Positions 10,448 through 19,285 of a DNA stretch of 64,000 nucleotides are shown here, piece after piece. The notes under the pieces are model-generated. The model was given only the letters and a program-made list of their open reading frames with translations, was not told where the DNA came from and made no database searches. The stretch is from positions 32,001-96,000 of the forward strand of contig MHLM01000001.1 in the NCBI GenBank assembly GCA_001821395.1, read 5' to 3'. Both the position numbers and the translations under genes were made by a program. Position 1 is the first letter of the stretch. Each line of letters starts with the position of its first letter. This stretch comes from Candidatus Lloydbacteria bacterium RIFCSPHIGHO2_02_FULL_50_18 (GTDB lineage Bacteria; Patescibacteriota; Minisyncoccia; Phycocordibacterales; UBA6899).

Positions 10448-10897
10448 ATGATGAAATGGCCATTCTTTATCGTACTTGCTATCTCCGGGGGAATTCTTTG
10501 GTATCTGTACACGAACCTCGATAATTCCGCTCTTACGTCGAACGGCACCGCTACGAGCGGAATACAGAGCGTTATCGCGGTCACACATTCGTACCAGGAC
10601 GGCGTGCATCGTTTTTCGGGAGAGATCAAGCTTTCTCATTCGTGCTATTCGATCGATACTCAGACGGTTTCGGATCCCAAGTCGGAAGATCGATTGGTCA
10701 TAAAGATCACGACGACCGATCATTTCCTTGAACGCTCTACCTGCGCGAAATTTTCAACGCGCTACGAGTTCCAGGTTATCGCAGAAGCTCCTAAGGATGT
10801 CGCTTACACGTTACAGGTCGATGGCAAAGAGCTTCCGATACGCACGAGCAACGTGGATTGGAATAATCCGAACGCATTTTTTGTGAACCCGCGCTAA
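10448..10897 (+). CDS. Hypothetical secreted or membrane-anchored protein
   Basis: 149 aa with an N-terminal hydrophobic segment and no known domain. Confidence 0.45.
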   Translation: MMKWPFFIVLAISGGILWYLYTNLDNSALTSNGTATSGIQSVIAVTHSYQDGVHRFSGEIKLSHSCYSIDTQTVSDPKSEDRLVIKITTTDHFLERSTCAKFSTRYEFQVIAEAPKDVAYTLQVDGKELPIRTSNVDWNNPNAFFVNPR

Positions 10898-10898
10898 C

Positions 10899-11750
10899 AT
10901 GTACACTCCTTCGCATCCACCAATTTCGGTCATAAAAATGACCGGAGAGCGTGAAAATTGGGATAGAACCAAGCTTGAACGCTCGCTGCGTTTTGCAAAG
11001 GCATCGGACGAACTCATCAGAGAGATCGTTCTTCATATTGAAAAAGATCTTCATGACGGCATGCGCACGGTTGATATCTATGAACATGCATTCAATCTCT
11101 TAAAAAAATATCATCGGCCTGCGGCGGCTGAGTATAGTATCAAGCGCGCGATATTGCAGCTTGGTCCGTCCGGTTTCCCGTTCGAGCGCTTTGTTGCGCA
11201 CATTCTTGAAGCACAAGGATACAGTACACGCGTCGGGGTGATGGTGAGCGGCGTGTGTGTTACGCATGAAGTCGATGTCGTCGCGGAGAAGAAAGACGAA
11301 CGCATCCTCGTTGAGGCGAAATTTCACAACTCCGCTTCCATCAAGTCCGACGTAAAGGTCGCGCTCTATGTGCATGCGCGATTTCAGGATATTCAAAAGA
11401 GACTCGACCTTGAAGAGCAAACGGAGCGTTACACGCATGCATGGCTTATCACAAATACGGAATTTACCTCTCAGGCGATCCAGTACGGCAGTTGTGTGGG
11501 GCTTGCGATGACCGGGTGGAATTATCCGAAAGGGCATACGCTTCAAGACCTTATTCAGGCGACCCAAACCCATCCTGTTACCTGTATGACCACGCTCTCC
11601 GATAAGCAAAAAATCGATCTGCTCAATCATGGCACAGTGCTGGTCCGTGAGGTCGTAGATGATTCTTCTCGTTTGGCGAAAATCGGTATCGGGAAGCAGC
11701 AGATCGCCTCCATCGTGAGCGAGGGCAAAGCATTGTTCAAAGCTGCATAG
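10899..11750 (+). CDS. ATP-cone domain fused to a Mrr-like PD-(D/E)xK restriction-endonuclease domain
   Basis: An N-terminal ATP-cone (VIKMTGERENWDRTKLERSL…) is followed by an Mrr_cat-like core (GFPFERFVAHILEAQGY…EVDVVAEKKDERILVEAKFH). Confidence 0.7.
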   Translation: MYTPSHPPISVIKMTGERENWDRTKLERSLRFAKASDELIREIVLHIEKDLHDGMRTVDIYEHAFNLLKKYHRPAAAEYSIKRAILQLGPSGFPFERFVAHILEAQGYSTRVGVMVSGVCVTHEVDVVAEKKDERILVEAKFHNSASIKSDVKVALYVHARFQDIQKRLDLEEQTERYTHAWLITNTEFTSQAIQYGSCVGLAMTGWNYPKGHTLQDLIQATQTHPVTCMTTLSDKQKIDLLNHGTVLVREVVDDSSRLAKIGIGKQQIASIVSEGKALFKAA

Positions 11751-11825
11751 CACAGACCACTTTTGTCTGCGGTGTATTTCCTGATGTGTTGTATTCATTA
11801 TGGGGAGAGGTATAATGGCAAGCAT

Positions 11826-12341
11826 ATGGAATTATTTGCAGTATCGCAGTGGGAGATCATTCTTCGCCTCACTGTTGCGGTTGTGCTTGGGCTTGCGGTG
11901 GGTGCTGAACGTTCACGCGTCGGAAAACGAGCAGGGATGCGCACCTATGCGCTCGTATGTCTTGGGGCCGCACTCTTTATTGTTATTGCGGGGATGGTTT
12001 CGTTCCAGTATGCGAATACCTTTGTGTTCGACCCGCTGCGCGTCGCTTCCCAGGTCGTCGTTGGTATCGGGTTTCTGGGTGCAGGGATCATTTATGTTCA
12101 GCGTCAGGTTCTTACCGGACTTACGACAGCGGCAGGTCTTTGGGTAGTTGCGGGAGTCGGTGCGGCATGCGGATACGGACTTTATGTTGTCGCAGCCTAC
12201 GTCACATTTCTGACATTAGTGATCTTTGAGGGTCTCTGGTATGTCGAGGAGCGTTTTATTCGTATCGCTCGAACAGATGTGGAAGAGGATTTTATTCAAA
12301 GTGCTACGCATAATCGGCCTCACCATGAAGAAGAAAGTTAG
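11826..12341 (+). CDS. MgtC/SapB family membrane protein
   Basis: MELFAVSQWEIILRLTVAVVLGLAVGAERS… is a typical MgtC N-terminus. Start set at ATG 11826. Confidence 0.75.
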   Translation: MELFAVSQWEIILRLTVAVVLGLAVGAERSRVGKRAGMRTYALVCLGAALFIVIAGMVSFQYANTFVFDPLRVASQVVVGIGFLGAGIIYVQRQVLTGLTTAAGLWVVAGVGAACGYGLYVVAAYVTFLTLVIFEGLWYVEERFIRIARTDVEEDFIQSATHNRPHHEEES

Positions 12342-13191
12342 AAAAGCGGTCATTGCGGTTGCCGGAAGCGGCACGCGTTTTCTGCCGGCGACAAAAGCTC
12401 AGCCAAAGGAGATGCTTCCTATCGTCGACAAACCGATCGTTCAATATGTTGTTGAAGAATTGGTCAGCGCGGGTATCACGGATATCATTCTTGTTACAAA
12501 GTGGGACAAAAAAACGCTTGAGGACCACTTTGATCGCTCGATCGAGCTTGAGCATTCACTTGAAGAGGCGGGAAAGTTAAAGTTGCTCCATGACATTCGC
12601 AAGATCTCATCAATGGCGAACTTCATTTATGTTCGTCAAAAAGGTCCCTATGGGAATGGTACGCCCATTCTCTCCGCCGCGAGCTTGTTGAACGATGAGC
12701 CGTTCGTATTCGCTTGGGGTGACGACCTTGTTCTGTCGAAAACTTCATTCACAAAACAGCTTATCGAAAATTATGAGATCAATGCGTGCCCCGTTATCGG
12801 AGTGCAGAAAGTTGCAAAGGATCATGTGAATCGATACGGTATCGTCAAATTGAAGAAGGGTACTCGTGAGATGGAGGATGTGATAGAAAAACCAAAGATC
12901 GAGGATGCGCCGTCCCAGTTGGCTCAGTTCGGGAGAATGATCCTTACTCCGGAGATCATACACATCTTACAAAAGACCAAACTCGGAAAAGGCGGTGAGC
13001 TATGGGTTACCGACGCCATCAGCGAATATATCAAGCAGGGGGGTAAGTTCATGGTCGAAGAGGTGAAAGATGGAAAGTGGCTTACGACCGGAGACCCGCT
13101 TAACTATCTAAAGGCCATGGTGGAGTATGCGATCGTTCGTGATGATATCGGTGATGAATTCAAGGCATTTCTGAGGGACCTTCATCTCTAG
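12325..13191 (+). CDS. galU: UTP--glucose-1-phosphate uridylyltransferase
   Basis: AVIAVAGSGTRFLPATKAQPKEMLPIVDKP motif. It overlaps the end of the MgtC gene by 17 nt. Confidence 0.85.
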   Translation: MKKKVRKAVIAVAGSGTRFLPATKAQPKEMLPIVDKPIVQYVVEELVSAGITDIILVTKWDKKTLEDHFDRSIELEHSLEEAGKLKLLHDIRKISSMANFIYVRQKGPYGNGTPILSAASLLNDEPFVFAWGDDLVLSKTSFTKQLIENYEINACPVIGVQKVAKDHVNRYGIVKLKKGTREMEDVIEKPKIEDAPSQLAQFGRMILTPEIIHILQKTKLGKGGELWVTDAISEYIKQGGKFMVEEVKDGKWLTTGDPLNYLKAMVEYAIVRDDIGDEFKAFLRDLHL

Positions 13192-13294
13192 TTTATCCTC
13201 ACCCATTCACCTTGTCACGAGCCGAACCCCCTGTCTTCGTTCCTCGGCATAACGGTGCTCGGTCAGCGCGATCCCAATCAGCTATACATTTTTT

Positions 13295-14311
13295 GTGATA
13301 ACTCATACAACAAAACCCATAGTCGGACTGCTTCCTGTCGCGCTTGCACTCATGGGAAATATTTTTGTTGCCATTATTAAATTTTTTGGTTTTACAATAT
13401 CTGGTTCTGGTGCGATGTTCTCAGAATCAGTACATAGCGTCGCGGATACAGTGAACCAATCACTTCTCCTGTTCGGAATTCGTCGCTCAAGACGTCGCCC
13501 AGATGAAGGATTTTCATACGGATATGGAAAGGAGCGTTTCTTTTGGGCGCTCATATCCGCTTGTGGAATATTTTTTCTTGGAGCCGGTGTGACCGTCTAT
13601 CATGGAATAGAACTGCTCATCACGAAGGAAATGCCCGAGCTGTCCCCGATGGTATTCATCATTCTGTTTGTCTCTTTTGTCGTTGAGTCGTTCACACTAT
13701 TCATTGCATGGCGTGAGTTAAAACGGAGTAACGTCGACCGTACATTTGCCGAGGCACTACTGCATGGTGATCCGAGTACCATTGCCGTTTTGTATGAGGA
13801 TGGAGTCGCCGTTCTTGGAGTGCTCGTTGCGCTCGTGAGTTTGACCCTGACGGTACTCACTGGCAATGCGATCTGGGATGCCGTTGGCTCCATTCTTGTT
13901 GGCTTATTGCTTGGCGTCGTGGCCATAATTCTTATTCAAAAAAATCACAAGTATCTGATCGGTATGAATATTCCCGATGAGATTAGGATGCGCATCATTG
14001 AAATACTGGAAGCGGATCCGACCATCGATCGCGTACTTGATTTCAAGTCGTCAGTGCTTGATGTTGGGATTTACCACATAAAATGTGAAATAGAATTCAA
14101 CGGGTCTGCACTCATGTACGAGGTCGCCAAGAGGGGTGAGTTACGCGATGAATATGATTCAATTCGCGATGATTATTCCGAGTTTTTAAAACTCGTTGTT
14201 GGATATTTTGGTCGGGTCCCAAGACTCATGGGTTCTCACATCGATAGGCTTGAAAAGATCGTTCAAAAAGAGATACCTGAGATCAGGCATATCGATATTG
14301 AGATCAACTAG
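13295..14311 (+). CDS. Cation diffusion facilitator family transporter
   Basis: HSVADT motif in TM2, six TM helices, and a C-terminal cytoplasmic domain. The start is uncertain (GTG at 13295 or ATG at 13352). Confidence 0.8.
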   Translation: MITHTTKPIVGLLPVALALMGNIFVAIIKFFGFTISGSGAMFSESVHSVADTVNQSLLLFGIRRSRRRPDEGFSYGYGKERFFWALISACGIFFLGAGVTVYHGIELLITKEMPELSPMVFIILFVSFVVESFTLFIAWRELKRSNVDRTFAEALLHGDPSTIAVLYEDGVAVLGVLVALVSLTLTVLTGNAIWDAVGSILVGLLLGVVAIILIQKNHKYLIGMNIPDEIRMRIIEILEADPTIDRVLDFKSSVLDVGIYHIKCEIEFNGSALMYEVAKRGELRDEYDSIRDDYSEFLKLVVGYFGRVPRLMGSHIDRLEKIVQKEIPEIRHIDIEIN

Positions 14312-14385
14312 GATGGCGACACGCGAGGGTTGCGGGGCCGAACTTTTTCGCTTTTAGTAAGATATTTTCGTATACTAACAGTGTT

Positions 14386-15855
14386 ATGACACGACTTTTT
14401 TTGGGGGCATTGAAATTCATTCTCGTCGTTATGGTATTTACCGCATCGTATCAGTGGTGGAGACCTCTACCCGATACGCTATTGCCGTTTTCGAATGAAT
14501 ACAATGTTCCGGATTCTAGCGTAAAATTTTTTGCAGACTATACCTACGTTGACAAGAATGGAGAACGAAAGACCGAACAAGAGATCTGGGATCGGGCATT
14601 TACGCTTATCGGCGGCGCCTCTCATTATATGCTGTTTGATCTTTCCCTTTTTAATGATTTCCAGTCTCAGGTGCCGGAAACAACGAGGGCTCTCTCTTAT
14701 GAACTTGCACAGAAGATAAGCGATAAGCTTTCCGTCGATCGACACATCGCCGTAGCACTCATTGCGGATCCTGTTAATACGCTGTATGGCGGAATGCTTT
14801 CGGCACAGCAAACAATATTAAGAAAGGCGGGTGTCGTGATCATTGAACCGGATCTCACCGTGTTTCGTGATCCAAACCTTTTGTTCTCATCGCTGTGGAG
14901 ACCATTCTTTTCATGGTGGGGGAATTCGACTACTGGCGGATGGCTTCCTCATCCCTACCAATCCGTGGGGAGTAAAATTACATTGCGCACCTGGCTTCAC
15001 GTACTTAACCTGAAGGCAGACGAACGCAATCTGTTTGTCGTTGATCAAACGGTGGGAAAAGGAGTGAAAACATCATCTCAAAAAATGGTCAGTTTCATAA
15101 CGTCCGCTGTTCTGGCTGACGGCGCAAGTGCCGATGGAAATGTCGCACTCGAGGTCCGTGACGGTATCTGGAAAAACGTCGTAGAAAATGAACGACGCCT
15201 CGCTCAAGTGTCCGGCAGAGCGATTGTGAGCTATGATTCTGCGTTGACACTTGATGAAACAGGCCCCGTTCGGGTTCAGCTTATCTCGGAAACTATGATC
15301 AAAGATGCGATACTACGACTGCTTGCGGGGGCAAAGCACGGTGACATGCTGCAGCTTGTGCTGCATCATTTAAGTGAGCGTGATATCATCGCGGCGATCA
15401 TCGACGCTTCCAATCGGGGGGCGATCATCCGCATCATCCTCGATCCCGGACTATCGGAAGCAAGATTTGACGTGTACGGTTTGCCTAATCGTCCCGTCGC
15501 CAAAGAGTTGGTCAACAAGTCTCTGTCGGGTATCACGATACGTTGGTGCGATACGCACCGTGAGCAGTGTCGGGCGAACTTTTTTTCCGGTCATTCCGCA
15601 TCGTCAACGTTTATGATGCTTGGTTCGGCAGATTTTACCAGAAGAGATTTGGACGGCTTCAATCTTACGACCGATATCCTCGCGTCTGCTGACGCTCCCT
15701 TCACTGCATGGAACGATGGAGCAAAATATTTTAACCGTATGTGGGACAATGAGGATGGATCATTTACGACTTCATACGATGTATATGCCGACAATACGCT
15801 CTGGAGATCTTCCGTGTATCGAATGATGGAGCGCACGGGCCTGAATACCTTTTAG
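14386..15855 (+). CDS. Membrane-anchored hypothetical protein, possibly a degenerate PLD-like fold
   Basis: N-terminal TM. The C-terminal segment HSASSTFMMLGSADFTRRDL resembles an HKD motif with K→A and N→D changes. The assignment is weak. Confidence 0.5.
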   Translation: MTRLFLGALKFILVVMVFTASYQWWRPLPDTLLPFSNEYNVPDSSVKFFADYTYVDKNGERKTEQEIWDRAFTLIGGASHYMLFDLSLFNDFQSQVPETTRALSYELAQKISDKLSVDRHIAVALIADPVNTLYGGMLSAQQTILRKAGVVIIEPDLTVFRDPNLLFSSLWRPFFSWWGNSTTGGWLPHPYQSVGSKITLRTWLHVLNLKADERNLFVVDQTVGKGVKTSSQKMVSFITSAVLADGASADGNVALEVRDGIWKNVVENERRLAQVSGRAIVSYDSALTLDETGPVRVQLISETMIKDAILRLLAGAKHGDMLQLVLHHLSERDIIAAIIDASNRGAIIRIILDPGLSEARFDVYGLPNRPVAKELVNKSLSGITIRWCDTHREQCRANFFSGHSASSTFMMLGSADFTRRDLDGFNLTTDILASADAPFTAWNDGAKYFNRMWDNEDGSFTTSYDVYADNTLWRSSVYRMMERTGLNTF

Positions 15856-15862
15856 TCACTCG

Positions 15863-15871
15863 TGCTATAAT
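15863..15871 (+). promoter_or_regulatory. Extended -10 (TGcTATAAT) upstream of pyrH
   Basis: TGcTATAAT sits 12 nt before the ATG at 15884. Confidence 0.5.
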
Positions 15872-15883
15872 CGCAACAACAAT

Positions 15884-16588
15884 ATGAAGATACTCATTAA
15901 GCTGTCCGGGGAAAGTTTGAGCGGATCAAACAAAGAAGGAGATAGGCAGTTCAGCGAACCAACGCTTGGTAGTATTGTCCTGCACATTAAGATGCTTCAG
16001 GGTGACGGGCATGAGGTAGCGCTCGTCGTCGGTGGGGGTAATCTGTTCCGCGGACATGAACTGACGGGTAAGCTCGCCATTGAACGACCGACCGCAGACT
16101 ACATTGGCATGCTCGCAACAGTGCAGAATGCGTTGATCCTTCGTGATTATTTCGAATCAAAAGGCGTTGAGACGCGGGTCTCGTCGGCCATCACAATGCC
16201 TCAGATCTGTGAGGGGTACATCCCCAAGCGCGTCGAAAGGCACATGAAAAAGGGACGCGTTGTTATTTTTGCTGCAGGTCTTGGTGCTCCATATTTTACG
16301 ACCGATTCAACGTCCGTGCAGCGCGCGCTTGAGATGAAGGCTGACATGCTTATCATGGCGAAGAACGGCGTCGACGGTCTCTATACCGCAGACCCGGATA
16401 CTGATAAATCTGCGGTATTCATAAAAGAAACTACGGCGAGTGAAGTGCTTGAGCGAGACCTAAAGGCTGCCGATCAGTCAGCTATCGCGCTTGCGAAAGA
16501 ACATGGACTTTTGATCAAGGTGATCGGAGTTCCCGATATCGCACGAGCGCTTGATCCGGAAGTCGGTTCATTGATAAGACCCATATAA
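15884..16588 (+). CDS. pyrH: Uridylate kinase
   Basis: MKILIKLSGESL…VVGGGNLFRG matches a UMP-kinase fold. Confidence 0.9.
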   Translation: MKILIKLSGESLSGSNKEGDRQFSEPTLGSIVLHIKMLQGDGHEVALVVGGGNLFRGHELTGKLAIERPTADYIGMLATVQNALILRDYFESKGVETRVSSAITMPQICEGYIPKRVERHMKKGRVVIFAAGLGAPYFTTDSTSVQRALEMKADMLIMAKNGVDGLYTADPDTDKSAVFIKETTASEVLERDLKAADQSAIALAKEHGLLIKVIGVPDIARALDPEVGSLIRPI

Positions 16589-16601
16589 ATGATTGCATCA
16601 C

Positions 16602-17153
16602 ATGGAAACAGATATTGATCAAGCAATAGCAATGATCGAGGGAGGGGGCGTAGGAGTGCTTCCAACAGACACGCTCTACGGGCTCGTCGGTTCGGCATTC
16701 AGTGCGGATGCCGTGGATCGCATTTATGACTTGAAGCAGCGCGACCCGGAGAAGCCGCTCATCGTGCTTATTTCGGATATTCTCCAACTCGAGCAATTCG
16801 GTGTCATTGTTTCTGATGCACTGATCGCGCAGCTTGAAACGTATTGGCCGGGACCATACTCGATCATACTCCCGACGGCGGATGAGCAGTTTGAATATCT
16901 TCATCGTGGAACGAATGCAATCGCATTTCGTTTGCCCGACGATGAGCAGCTTGTAGCGGTAATCACCCAAGCTGGACCGATTGTTGCCCCATCAGCGAAT
17001 GTTGAAGACATGCCTCCTTCAGGAACCATCGAAGAGGCACGCTCATATTTCGGTACAGACGTAGACTTTTATGTCGACGGTGGTGAATTACGCGGTAAAC
17101 CGTCAACGATCATTTTTTTTGACGGAGACGAGGTCGTCGTCGAGCGAGAGTAA
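16602..17153 (+). CDS. tsaC: L-threonylcarbamoyladenylate synthase (Sua5/YrdC/TsaC family)
   Basis: YrdC domain (LPTDTLYGLVGSAF…KQRDPEKPLIVLI). Start set at ATG 16602, because the tracked ORF begins at a TTG. Confidence 0.8.
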   Translation: METDIDQAIAMIEGGGVGVLPTDTLYGLVGSAFSADAVDRIYDLKQRDPEKPLIVLISDILQLEQFGVIVSDALIAQLETYWPGPYSIILPTADEQFEYLHRGTNAIAFRLPDDEQLVAVITQAGPIVAPSANVEDMPPSGTIEEARSYFGTDVDFYVDGGELRGKPSTIIFFDGDEVVVERE

Positions 17154-17203
17154 CGTTTACGGTTTTACCTATCATTTCCGGCAAAGAAAAATTGTCGGGT
17201 AAG

Positions 17204-17232
17204 TTGGCAACACGGACCAATCTGGTTATAAT
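17204..17232 (+). promoter_or_regulatory. Sigma-70-like promoter (TTGGCA-17-TATAAT) for alaS; probably leaderless
   Basis: Near-consensus -35 and -10 boxes with a 17-bp spacer. The -10 box ends 7 nt before ATG 17240. Confidence 0.65.
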
Positions 17233-17239
17233 CCTATCC

Positions 17240-19090
17240 ATGCAAACTATGCTTTCGTCATCGGAGATCCGCTCTCGGTTTCTTCATTTTTTTAAACAGC
17301 GGGGTCATGCGATCATATCGAGTGCACCGCTCGTTCCGCTCAATGATCCGTCCGTGCTTTTTAATACCGCGGGAATGCAGCCATTGGTACCATATCTTTT
17401 GGGTGAGCCGCATCCGGCTGGGGTACGCATTGTCGACTCACAGAAATGTGTACGCACGGTTGATATTGATGAGATCGGAGATAATACACACGCAACTTTT
17501 TTTGAGATGCTCGGAAATTGGTCCCTCGGTGACTACTTTAAAAAAGAAGCGATCAATTGGAGCTATGAATTTCTCACCTCAAAGGAGGATGGTTTAGGAC
17601 TTGATCCGAACAGGCTTTACGTAACCGTCTTTGGTGGTAACCAGGATGCGCCGAAGGATACGGATGCGCATGCGACCTGGACGGAGCTATTTGCACGGGC
17701 CGGAATTAAGGGTGAACGCATCTACTATATGACCGCCGATGCAAGAGGCAAGGAGCCTAACTGGTGGAGCGCCGGGGATTCTGGCCCCTGCGGGCCGGAT
17801 AGTGAGATGTTCTACGACGTGACCGGAACGTTAGATCTTGGCATGACAAAAGAAGAATATATGGCCGCCGATGATAGGCAAGACATCGTCGAGATCTGGA
17901 ACGATGTCTTCATGGAATATCTGAAAAAAGACGGGAGTGTGGTAGGGAAATTGGAAAAACAAAACGTAGATACCGGAAGCGGTCTCGAGCGCGTAACAAT
18001 GGTCGCTCAGGGAAAGAACAACATCTTTGCAACGGATATGTTTTCAGATGTGATGGAATTCCTTAACGGCAGATCTCCGGAGGGAGTCATGAGAACAAAA
18101 CGTATCGTTGCCGATCATATTCGCACCGCGGTTTTCTTGATAGGGGACGGTGTCACTCCTTCAAATACGGACCAGGGCTATATTTTGCGTCGCCTTATTC
18201 GTAGGGCGGTACGCTTTGCCGACGACCTTGGTTTGGCTCAAAAAAAAGGTGAAACGCGAAGTGATCTTTCTGCCGTTGCCGACATGTTCATCAAAAAATA
18301 TTGCGACGTATATCCTGTGCTGCTCGAACATTCGCAGGCGATATTCACGGAGTTGGAAGAAGAGGAGAAGCGATTTCGTGAAACGCTCTCACGCGGGATG
18401 CGGGAATTTGAAAAGTTGGCGACAAAGGATATTTCCGGGGATGACGCGTTCACCTTATTTTCTTCGTATGGATTTCCGTTCGAGCTGACAAAAGAACTTG
18501 CCGATGAAAAGGGTGTCGTCGTCGATGAGCTCGGTTTTTCCGAGAACATGAAAAAACACCAATCGCTCTCGCGTGCAGGTTCTGAGCAAAAATTCAAAGG
18601 AGGACTTGCCGATGACTCTGTCGCAACCATTCGACTTCATACCGCTCATCACCTGCTTCTGCGCGCACTGCAGCTTGTTTTGGGCCCCGATGTGCATCAG
18701 CGCGGGTCAAATATCACTCAGGAACGCCTACGCATTGATTTCGCACACGGAACAAAGATGACTGACGAACAAAAAAAAGCAGTTGAAGATCTCGTGAATG
18801 AGAAGATTGTTGAAAACCTGCCGGTCATCAGAACCGAAATGAATCTTGGCGACGCTGAGCTGCTCGGAGCCGAACATGAGTTCGGAGCAAAATACCCTGA
18901 TCGAGTCTCAGTGTATTCCGTAGGACCAAAAGGTGCGACGCGTGAAGATCCTCAGTTTGACAAAAGATTTTCAATAGAATTCTGCGGAGGCCCACACGTG
19001 AATCGCACCGGAGAGTTGGGGAGGTTTAAAATATTAAAGGAGGAGGCCTCAAGTCAGGGCGTACGTAGAATAAAGGCAATACTCGAATAG
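17240..19090 (+). CDS. alaS: Alanyl-tRNA synthetase, short form lacking the C-terminal DHHA1/oligomerisation domain
   Basis: Class II catalytic core (SAPLVPLNDPSVLFNTAGMQP…FFEMLGNWSLGDYFK) and an editing-domain HxxxH…C motif (HTAHHLLL…FCGGPHV). Only 617 aa. Confidence 0.9.
   Translation: MQTMLSSSEIRSRFLHFFKQRGHAIISSAPLVPLNDPSVLFNTAGMQPLVPYLLGEPHPAGVRIVDSQKCVRTVDIDEIGDNTHATFFEMLGNWSLGDYFKKEAINWSYEFLTSKEDGLGLDPNRLYVTVFGGNQDAPKDTDAHATWTELFARAGIKGERIYYMTADARGKEPNWWSAGDSGPCGPDSEMFYDVTGTLDLGMTKEEYMAADDRQDIVEIWNDVFMEYLKKDGSVVGKLEKQNVDTGSGLERVTMVAQGKNNIFATDMFSDVMEFLNGRSPEGVMRTKRIVADHIRTAVFLIGDGVTPSNTDQGYILRRLIRRAVRFADDLGLAQKKGETRSDLSAVADMFIKKYCDVYPVLLEHSQAIFTELEEEEKRFRETLSRGMREFEKLATKDISGDDAFTLFSSYGFPFELTKELADEKGVVVDELGFSENMKKHQSLSRAGSEQKFKGGLADDSVATIRLHTAHHLLLRALQLVLGPDVHQRGSNITQERLRIDFAHGTKMTDEQKKAVEDLVNEKIVENLPVIRTEMNLGDAELLGAEHEFGAKYPDRVSVYSVGPKGATREDPQFDKRFSIEFCGGPHVNRTGELGRFKILKEEASSQGVRRIKAILE
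19044..19090 (+). repeat. Copy 1 of a direct repeat, covering the last 16 alaS codons
   Basis: Pairs with 19154-19200. Confidence 0.8.
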
Positions 19091-19116
19091 AAAGTTGCGC
19101 GCGAAGCGCTTGCGTG

Positions 19117-19140
19117 AAGTTCATTCCCATGAACTTTTTG
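19117..19140 (+). terminator. Rho-independent terminator after alaS
   Basis: Hairpin aagttcat-tccc-atgaactt followed by tttgag. Confidence 0.7.
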
Positions 19141-19153
19141 AGCCAGAGAGAAG

Positions 19154-19200
19154 AGGCAAGTAGTCAGGGTGTACGCAGAATAAAGGCCATACTCGAATAA
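19154..19200 (+). repeat. Copy 2 of the direct repeat (diverged duplicate of the alaS 3' end)
   Basis: 41 of 47 nt match copy 1. All differences are synonymous, so both copies encode EEASSQGVRRIKAILE-stop. Confidence 0.8.
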
Positions 19201-19270
19201 AAGCTAGCGAACCAAAGTCGGCGCGTGAGGTAAATACCCACAGTAGTACGAGTATTCTTTGTGTCAGGCG

Positions 19271-19279
19271 TGGTATAAT
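19271..19279 (+). promoter_or_regulatory. Extended -10 (TGgTATAAT) upstream of the actin-like ATPase gene
   Basis: The box ends 6 nt before ATG 19286. Confidence 0.6.
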
Positions 19280-19285
19280 TTTCTC

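Noticed and set aside
19129-19200. 23-aa mini-ORF (MNFLSQREEASSQGVRRIKAILE) beginning inside the alaS terminator hairpin
   Set aside because: The ATG is buried in the terminator stem and has no promoter. It is most simply explained as a by-product of the duplicated alaS 3' end.
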